A stretch of 63,951 nt of DNA, the filler included, from Licmophora abbreviata (taxonomy: Eukaryota): the NCBI GenBank assembly GCA_900291995.1. It is 10 parts of 10 records of this genome, joined end to end, with 100 filler letters (N's around TTAATTAATTAA, not from the genome) between each part and the next. Parts side by side here need not be neighbours in the genome. Positions count along the whole stretch, not along the records: positions 46,566 to 60,214 come from OLMU01003370.1; positions 60,315 to 62,401 come from OLMU01003371.1; positions 62,502 to 63,951 come from OLMU01003379.1; 7 more parts are not named here. One strand, 5' to 3'. The notes beneath the pieces are model-generated. The model was not told where the DNA came from. It ran no database searches and saw only the letters and a program-made list of their open reading frames with translations. A program made the position numbers and the translations under genes. Positions 57,201 through 63,951 of this stretch are shown here, piece after piece. Numbering within the stretch: position 1 is the stretch's first letter; every line of letters begins with the position of its first letter.

Positions 57201-58763
57201 ATGTCGTCTTCGCTGTCGTCTTCCTCGGGAGTCTTGGACTATTTACAGTCCTCATTGCCTCGCTCGACGCTGCTTGAACTGTATGCCGATGGAGCGAGAG
57301 GTCGATTCGTTTGCCGTGCAGTTCTTCAGCAACAGCTTTCCCAAGTGGCCCAACAGGTCGTTATGCGATTGCTGTACTGCGGTGGCAGTTTTCCGACCAG
57401 CACGTGTCAAGTCTGGACGAAGCTGAAACTGCATGAATGGAAATTGTTACTTCATCAGTTGTACGAATGGGGAATAATTACGGAGGATATCAGTAAAGCA
57501 GATGCCGCCACGGCCACGAAACTCACCCCTGAATTCAGCAAGGCTCTCCAAGAATGCATAACGACCCTGGAGTCTTCGCCTTGGACACCGCTCTCCCCAG
57601 CCCAGCTGAAGGCTCTTGCGCTCGAAAAGGGTGACGCTTCTTCCATTCCGCTAGTGACTCCAGAAGATCTCGAGAGATATACTCAGTCACAATGGGACGC
57701 CGTCTTACATTTTCTGGTCGGCACGCCGAACTATCCAAACGAGCCACCTCCAGCGGTGGTGCATTTTCTATTGCAGACAGGATTGATGCAATCCGACCCC
57801 GACTATCGCGGACGCGATGAATCCCAAGCGCCGCTTGTTATTACGCAAAAGGGATACGATTTCATGTTGCAAGATGTCCAGCACCAAGTGTGGCATTTCG
57901 TCTCTCAATACTTGAAGTCCTTCGAGACGCACAAGAAGCACATGAAACTCACGCAGGAGGCCTTGTTGTTTTTAATTTGTTTATCGTTCGCGCAAGTGGG
58001 AGATGCCTATCTTGCATCGTCATTGAGTAAGGACGGTCGAACCTTGATGAAGGACATGACACTGTTCGGTCTGGTGAAAGTGGACAAGATTGGCAAGACG
58101 ACCATTTTCTATCCCACCCGTGTGGCACTCCAGCTGTGCAACACTACATCGGACAATGGTGCTCTCTCATCTTCTTCGATGTGGACACTTTCCAGTAAAG
58201 CCCTGCAAGCGTCGCTGGCTCATCCCCGTCCACACGATTCATCGCATCTTGCTGTGATTGTTCAGACCAACTTTCAAGTGTGTGCCTACACGACGAGCGA
58301 GCTGCACGTGAGCATGCTTGGACTCTTTTGCGACGTTCAGACCATTCGACGTCTCCCCAATGTAGTCTTTATGATATTGACACGCGATAGTATCAAGTCC
58401 GCTTTTGCCTTGGGCATTGAAGCGTCGCAGATACTCAAGTTTCTGGAACAGCACGCGCACCCCAAATTACGACACAATGTGGGAGTGCATGGGACGGTGC
58501 CGCAGAATGTTCAAGATCAGATTTGGTTGTGGGACCGGGAACGACATCGAGTTCAGTGGACTGAAGTGTATGAACACACGTGTCTCATGAAGGGTGAATA
58601 TCGAGCTGTCCAGCAATACGCTCTGGACACGGGTGCACATGGGTGGAGCTCCAACGATCGGCAACAACTGTTCTTGGATTACAACTATGCGGAACGAATC
58701 CAGCAGTTCGCACAACAGTGGCGCGCAAAGACGGCGGCACGACAAGCTGAAGAGGATGAATAG
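57201..58763 (+). CDS. GTF2H4: TFIIH subunit p52/Tfb2
   Basis: QWDAVLHFLVG, ITQKGYDFMLQD, FYPTR, IVQTNFQVCAYTTS, RLPNVV, QILKFLEQHAHP, VQDQIWLWDRERHR. Confidence 0.95.
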   Translation: MSSSLSSSSGVLDYLQSSLPRSTLLELYADGARGRFVCRAVLQQQLSQVAQQVVMRLLYCGGSFPTSTCQVWTKLKLHEWKLLLHQLYEWGIITEDISKADAATATKLTPEFSKALQECITTLESSPWTPLSPAQLKALALEKGDASSIPLVTPEDLERYTQSQWDAVLHFLVGTPNYPNEPPPAVVHFLLQTGLMQSDPDYRGRDESQAPLVITQKGYDFMLQDVQHQVWHFVSQYLKSFETHKKHMKLTQEALLFLICLSFAQVGDAYLASSLSKDGRTLMKDMTLFGLVKVDKIGKTTIFYPTRVALQLCNTTSDNGALSSSSMWTLSSKALQASLAHPRPHDSSHLAVIVQTNFQVCAYTTSELHVSMLGLFCDVQTIRRLPNVVFMILTRDSIKSAFALGIEASQILKFLEQHAHPKLRHNVGVHGTVPQNVQDQIWLWDRERHRVQWTEVYEHTCLMKGEYRAVQQYALDTGAHGWSSNDRQQLFLDYNYAERIQQFAQQWRAKTAARQAEEDE

Positions 58764-59044
58764 CTGTAGCTATTTCTTTGGACTAGCGTTTCATTCCATA
58801 TAGCGTACTAGTAGTCTAGGATGTTTGACTTTCCAACCACAGCCCGTCTCTTGGGCCCGCACTCGAAAGCGCGACCATTTCGATTGATAGCAGACAGTGA
58901 GTCGAAAGAGTCAATCGTCAGCCATCTCAAAACTCACACCGCGGGTAAGCGGGACGGGGACACTGATGTGAGATGCGAGATGCGACGCCATTGTCTTCTG
59001 ACAACATCAGCAACTGGATCGCTTATATTGCTCAATCGATCACG

Positions 59045-61033
59045 ATGACGGTGGTCGATTCGGAACGATCGAAAGAGTCCTCAGATCGCCAGGATGTCTA
59101 TTCGTACGCTTCCCTGATGGCAGCGTCCAGGGCTGGAGCTGCGAGTAGCAGTCCAACACAACAAAATCCCTCTTCGGATCGCAATTCTACCTCGGACTCA
59201 TCTTCCTTGCAGCGGAATCGCGTCGGCAGTACAAGCTCGACCAGACACACGGATGCGGATAGTTCCACTCGCAGTAGCAATGCGGCTTTTAGTAGTCGGG
59301 CGTATCAGCTGGAAGCCTTGGCAACGACGCTTGCTGGGGGAGAACGAACACCCTTGTTGTTTCGTGATAACCCCGGTCCTCACAGTAGTCCAGCTGAGCA
59401 CGACACTTGGTCTTGGTTTCCCGGCATCTGGGAAGACGAAGACGAGGATATGGTTAATCCACAATGGACTCCGTACTACCACGGAGTCAAGAATAAGCCG
59501 CATCGCTTTTCACGTCGGTCTTGGCGGCGCCGCTTGTTCTTGTTTGTGTCAGAGCCCAGGGCGTCCATCGGGTCGGCTGCCTTTTTCATGATCTTGATTC
59601 TGGCCATTGCTGCTTCCAATATCATTATGATTATGCAGACTATGAATCACTGGCAGTTTGTGCCAGACGACTGTGAGAGTTGTGGGGGGAACGTCTTCTA
59701 CATGTTTGAGGACGATGAATTCCAGGTCGAAAGTAACGTGCCATGCGTATGTCCGCCAGCGCCACTGCCTTTTATTGTGTTGATGGAAGACTGGATTGTG
59801 TACTTTTTTACCGTGGAATGGAGTCTTAGAGTTTTGGCCTATGAGCCCAGTCCATCAGAGCGAAGCAAAACGTATGGTGGATCCTGTTGCCAGTACGTGA
59901 CAGAGTTGAACGAGTATATCTAGCGCCCCGTCGATGTCTCGAGTACCTGGTACTCATCCCCCGCCTCCGCTTCTGTCTTATAGGTGGCTTTCTTTTTTGA
60001 CAGAGTACACAACCATCATGGATGCCCTTGCTATCTTTCCGTACTATGTCGAGCGATTTGAAAAAAGCAACGGACTCATGTCTCTTCGCCTACTACGCTT
60101 ATTTCGCGTCTTCCAATTGGTCCGACTGGGAGCCTACAATACAACGTTCCTGTGCCTCACCAATGTCTTGTCCAAGTCCATTTTGTATTTACGTCTCTTG
60201 ATGGTCGTGCTAGTNNNNNNNNNNNNNNNNNNNNNNNNNNNNNNNNNNNNNNNNNNNNTTAATTAATTAANNNNNNNNNNNNNNNNNNNNNNNNNNNNNN
60301 NNNNNNNNNNNNNNAAGTCCATTTTGTATTTACGTCTCTTGATGGTCGTGCTAGTCTTTGGAGCTGCCTTCTTTGGAAGCATCGTTTACTGGTTTGAAAA
60401 GGGAAAGTGGAAGTATCATGCCGAGTCGGGAACGTATCAGTTTCTACGTTTGGCCAAAGATGGTGTGACCGAAGAAGTCTCTCCATTCACCAGTATCCCT
60501 GCAGCATTCTGGTGGTTTCTAGTGACCGCCACAACCGTCGGATACGGAGGTACGTTGACAATGAAAATCACGGTCGTATCGTCGTCATGTTGAACCCTCT
60601 CACAGCATTCACTCTCGTGATAATGTCAGATACTGTCCCGACCACGACACCAGGAAAGTGGGTGGCAGCACTGGCCATGGTTATGGGTGTCCTGGTGGTC
60701 GCATTTCCAGTGTCTGTCTTTTCGGACTTGTGGTCTCGCGAACTGAGAAGAGCTGGTATACACTACGAGGAAGATGACGACGATGATGAAGAAGACGAAG
60801 CAATGGAGCTGACGGACCGTTTCGAAGAGGAGCAAGTTGCAAAGAACGGTACAGAGGAGCGAGGCAAGATGGAGACCCATCACGAAATCATGGAATTCGC
60901 GGACGAGATTGATAGTCGAACCGTCGAAATGACGAGAAACGATGTGAATAAGTTGGCGAAGCACATGCGTGCTATCGACCGAAGTCAACAAAGAATACGA
61001 GATGTTCTGGCCAAGTACGAGATCGAAACATAG
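59045..61033 (+). CDS. Voltage-gated potassium channel (Kv, 6TM); introns 59893-59983 and 60550-60629; spans gap
   Basis: FFTVEWSLR, DALAIFPYY, S4 LRLLRLFRVFQLVR, pore [22 protein letters not shown] (completed across the intron), GVLVVAFPV; start could also be 58973. Confidence 0.93.
60215..60314. other. Artificial gap spacer between overlapping contigs
   Basis: 60174-60214 is repeated exactly at 60315-60355. Confidence 0.95.
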
Positions 61034-61170
61034 CATCGGAAGCAGTCAAACGGCAAGCTCTTAGTAACTTACAGTAGTCAAGCCGCAAAAAATCGGGAGG
61101 AAGCCGGTTCTGGTTGTGTACCGGATATAGGCGATATGAAGTGTTGCGGTAGTAGTGCTCCTTGAATGAC

Positions 61171-61905
61171 TTATATTACATCGCTATCGCTGTTGACCAT
61201 TGCATGTCGCTCCAAAAGCGGTTCTCGCTCCTCTTTTCGAGCCGCTTTCTCCTGCTCTTCGTGCGGATAGAACAGCACGTACCCGAACGCCACTCCCGCC
61301 ACAACAGACAGTAGCAACTCGAACGAATACATCATGGCCAAGAACATGAGGATGTAGCCCATGAGCTGTTGTAGGGTATAGATAAACACGACACTCATCT
61401 TGCGCACTCTGGCACTCCGGATCGTACGTCGCACAACCGCACGCACTACACTCAACCCTTGCGTGAGAATGGCCAACAAGAACGAGTATACCATGGCACC
61501 TTGGAACTTTCCAGAGTCTGCCAAGGTCCAACTGCGAAAATAGTAATTGAGACAGGGAAGCATGGAAGTGGTATTGTCGGAAGATAAGGATCGGTGAAAT
61601 CCCTTCATAAACATGACCATGGTCATGCTGTCTGCCTTACAAAACGACTCTTCTTGATCGTCTGTTCTACTATCGATGTCAGAAGTATCCATGTGATCGT
61701 GTGCCGCGCCGTGACTTTCGACCTCTTGGGGAGGCAGCCGCTGTATCATGCGTTCCGGTGATTGTATGGACTCAATCGGACTAGTTCTAGAGTCTACGAT
61801 CGGGGTTTTTGCCACTTTTCCTCCTGGCGGAGATGCGCTGCTCAAGACGGCTTGTCGGCTGACACACACGCTCACAACCGAAAACAGTACGATAGTCACC
61901 CACAT
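61171..61905 (-). CDS. Ctr-family copper transporter
   Basis: His/Met-rich ectodomain (HGAAHDHM, SMTMVMFM), TM2 MGYILMFLAMMYS (MxxxM), TM3 GVAFG (GxxxG). Confidence 0.88.
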   Translation of the reverse strand: MWVTIVLFSVVSVCVSRQAVLSSASPPGGKVAKTPIVDSRTSPIESIQSPERMIQRLPPQEVESHGAAHDHMDTSDIDSRTDDQEESFCKADSMTMVMFMKGFHRSLSSDNTTSMLPCLNYYFRSWTLADSGKFQGAMVYSFLLAILTQGLSVVRAVVRRTIRSARVRKMSVVFIYTLQQLMGYILMFLAMMYSFELLLSVVAGVAFGYVLFYPHEEQEKAARKEEREPLLERHAMVNSDSDVI

Positions 61906-62293
61906 GATTGTTGTCGGTTTCAATGAGAGGCAATCTAAAAATCGAGAGTACGGATGATGATGTATTGATCGAGGAGGAACGGGAGGCTGTGATGCAGGTA
62001 CCGTTGCAAGAAGAGCGAGAAGTCATCGCGGCGCTGTGTTGCTTCATGTCATCGTCGATCATCAAAACCGCGGGCATTCCAAATTCTGCGTTGCTGATAT
62101 CCGTCTTGCCAATTTTATCGTTGTTTTGCTAATTTTAAAGTTTTGGTCAATTCCGGAATTGTCAAAAACCACATTTTGCTCTTTTTGGAGAGAGCGTGCC
62201 AACGGCGTTCATCGAAGTTCCATTCCGCTCGTCGGCTTCCAGCACAACACCACAACTACTCGTATGATACAGCAACTGGAGCGATCCCAAAAA

Positions 62294-62401
62294 ACACAAA
62301 TGGTGTACATGTACACAATTTGTGTACACACAAATTCGTGACGTGGCAGCCTGCCACGTCAGAAATAGGGGACACAAATTGTGTAGGGGGACACATTTGC
62401 G
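62294..62401. repeat. Palindromic/short-repeat array at a contig end (possible transposon terminus)
   Basis: TGACGTGGCAG-C-CTGCCACGTCA (62339-62361), several ACACAAAT/TTGTGT units, and GGGGACACA twice. Confidence 0.5.
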
Positions 62402-62501
62402 NNNNNNNNNNNNNNNNNNNNNNNNNNNNNNNNNNNNNNNNNNNNTTAATTAATTAANNNNNNNNNNNNNNNNNNNNNNNNNNNNNNNNNNNNNNNNNNN
62501 N
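62402..62501. other. Artificial scaffold gap spacer
   Basis: N44-TTAATTAATTAA-N44. Confidence 0.97.
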
Positions 62502-62658
62502 GATGTTGAATGATGTGCTTGTTGGCACTCATCAAGCACAATGGAAGTCACGAGGGTCTTCTTGGTTTTTGCTGTCCATCACTTTTATTCTACTATTCCA
62601 TCACAGCTCTGTGCTAATCGAATCCAGAGAGATCCATAGAGTGTACACATAGTCCACA

Positions 62659-63951
62659 ATGACCTCTTCATCGTCGTCGTCGTCGACAACACGGACGGTA
62701 CTTTCGGTTGCCCTAGGAGCTTCGCTTATTCTGGCGTCATGGGGTGTCTACATGAACATAAGAGGAATGGGAAACGTCTTGTTTGATCCCTATAACTCAA
62801 TGAGTTACATTGGCTTTGCGGAGCCCTCTCTTTCGGAGGGACAGAATCCCGCACAGTCTAGTAGGGCGACAAGAGTCATCGACGACTCGCCTCCTTCTGT
62901 TCCTCTCTTTTCCGATCGAGCCTTGCTGACCATTGCTGTAGACAACTTTGTCTCGTGTCCTGAGAAGTGTATATTCGCCCATGTCAATATCCCTTCGTGG
63001 GTGCGCTATCGATACATTGACTTTGAAAACGAGAATGACCTGATTCAAAAGGACACCAACTCCACCCACCTCCTACTCGTGGTACGAACCAATATTATCA
63101 AACTGAGCGAGTTTGCTGTGCAAAGAAAGAAAGATCATGGTCACATGAGTGTAGGCATGTGGCATATGGCAGACGAACGGTTCTTTGCGGGTGAGATTGA
63201 GAAGACATATGCTCGATTCGACTATGTACTACGGCACTACTATCGAAGTGACTTTTTTGGGATGAATTTGCGGGCTCTGGGAAACATCACTTGCGGAGAT
63301 AGTCCGCCACTGCCCTCTACTAACCCAAAAGAGCCCAAGTGGGGAGTCCACTGGGTGCACTTGGATTCACACGGCATGTCGGTACATATGCAACGATCGG
63401 CATCATCGATCTGGCCGGTTCAACGGAAGCCAATGAATTGCTCCTTCATTGGACGAAACGACGTCAAGCGGTCGATTGGAGAGCGGAAACAGATGGCCGA
63501 TGCCGTGGCGCAACGTCCGGAGCTTCATTGCCAGGTAGAAATTACGCGGGGCTTTGCGGGAGGAGATGAGCCCTTCACGTACTACAATTATCGCCTGGCC
63601 GAATCCAAGATCGGTCTGAGTCCCCGCGGTAGTGCGATAGAAACTCATCGCTTGGCGGAGATTCTGCGGATGGGAGCAGTTCCGGCCCTTAAGGATGAGG
63701 AGTATCTCCATGCCAACTTTGTCGACTTGCCAGGAATCATTGCTAAGAACTGGACCCTTGTTGTGGATAAGATGGGATACTACCTCTTGGAGGCGCCGGA
63801 AGAGCTGGAATTGTTGGCACGAAAGTCTGCCAAGTTCTCGGAAGACTTGTACAAGTGTGTTGTCGCCGATATCGACTTCATCTTTCGAAAAGCGTTTGGT
63901 TTGGATGAAGATGAGACGGCTGGTCCCCAGTCTGCAATGAAGATCTCCGTA
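62659..63951 (+). CDS. Exostosin/GT47- or RXYLT1-like glycosyltransferase running off the window end (absent from the ORF track)
   Basis: Translated by hand: 431 open codons, TM VLSVALGASLILASWGVY, MADE, FDYVLRHY, CSFIG, LAESKIGLSPRGSAIETHRLAEILRMGAVP. Confidence 0.8.
   Translation, partial: MTSSSSSSSTTRTVLSVALGASLILASWGVYMNIRGMGNVLFDPYNSMSYIGFAEPSLSEGQNPAQSSRATRVIDDSPPSVPLFSDRALLTIAVDNFVSCPEKCIFAHVNIPSWVRYRYIDFENENDLIQKDTNSTHLLLVVRTNIIKLSEFAVQRKKDHGHMSVGMWHMADERFFAGEIEKTYARFDYVLRHYYRSDFFGMNLRALGNITCGDSPPLPSTNPKEPKWGVHWVHLDSHGMSVHMQRSASSIWPVQRKPMNCSFIGRNDVKRSIGERKQMADAVAQRPELHCQVEITRGFAGGDEPFTYYNYRLAESKIGLSPRGSAIETHRLAEILRMGAVPALKDEEYLHANFVDLPGIIAKNWTLVVDKMGYYLLEAPEELELLARKSAKFSEDLYKCVVADIDFIFRKAFGLDEDETAGPQSAMKISV

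Noticed and set aside
60174..60355. Apparent 41-bp duplication in the Kv channel
   Set aside because: Exact contig-end overlap across the spacer
17089..62501. Nine identical TTAATTAATTAA palindromes flanked by N44 (repeat- or CRISPR-like at first sight)
   Set aside because: Artificial six-frame-stop gap spacers; ORFs ending in XXX…LIN or N are artefacts
1..63951. tRNA, rRNA, CRISPR arrays, transposase or RT genes
   Set aside because: None recognised by eye; a tRNAscan/Infernal/RepeatMasker run would be needed to exclude small RNAs

Overview
Gene-dense eukaryotic nuclear scaffold with short GT-AG introns, most likely from a diatom (inferred from signal-peptide SET proteins, ShKT-P4H genes, LRR/TM proteins and ASAF-like presequences). 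Nine artificial 100-bp gap spacers (N44-TTAATTAATTAA-N44) interrupt it, and five genes read across them, which supports the local order there. About 37 genes or gene remnants are present. Housekeeping genes include NAR1/CIAO3, ZNF598, TMEM208, UCHL5, ITPK1, the CCA-adding enzyme, cyclin H, TFIIH p52, a Kv channel, a Ctr copper transporter and aldo-keto reductases. The region at 39-55 kb is rich in secretory-pathway modifiers: three tandem NodZ/GT23-like fucosyltransferases, three ShKT-prolyl-4-hydroxylases and further GT-like genes. The best-supported hidden signal is a SelO gene whose apparent TGA stop lies exactly at the selenocysteine position (…FMS-U-SS-TAG), followed by a strong hairpin and a long-armed SECIS candidate; its sequence type looks bacterial and its presequence looks plastid-like. 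Also notable: an Orai-like 4-TM gene, a six-bromodomain protein, several bacterial-type genes, and five otherwise intact genes each broken by a single 1-2 nt indel. Family assignments come from motif recognition only; no searches were run.
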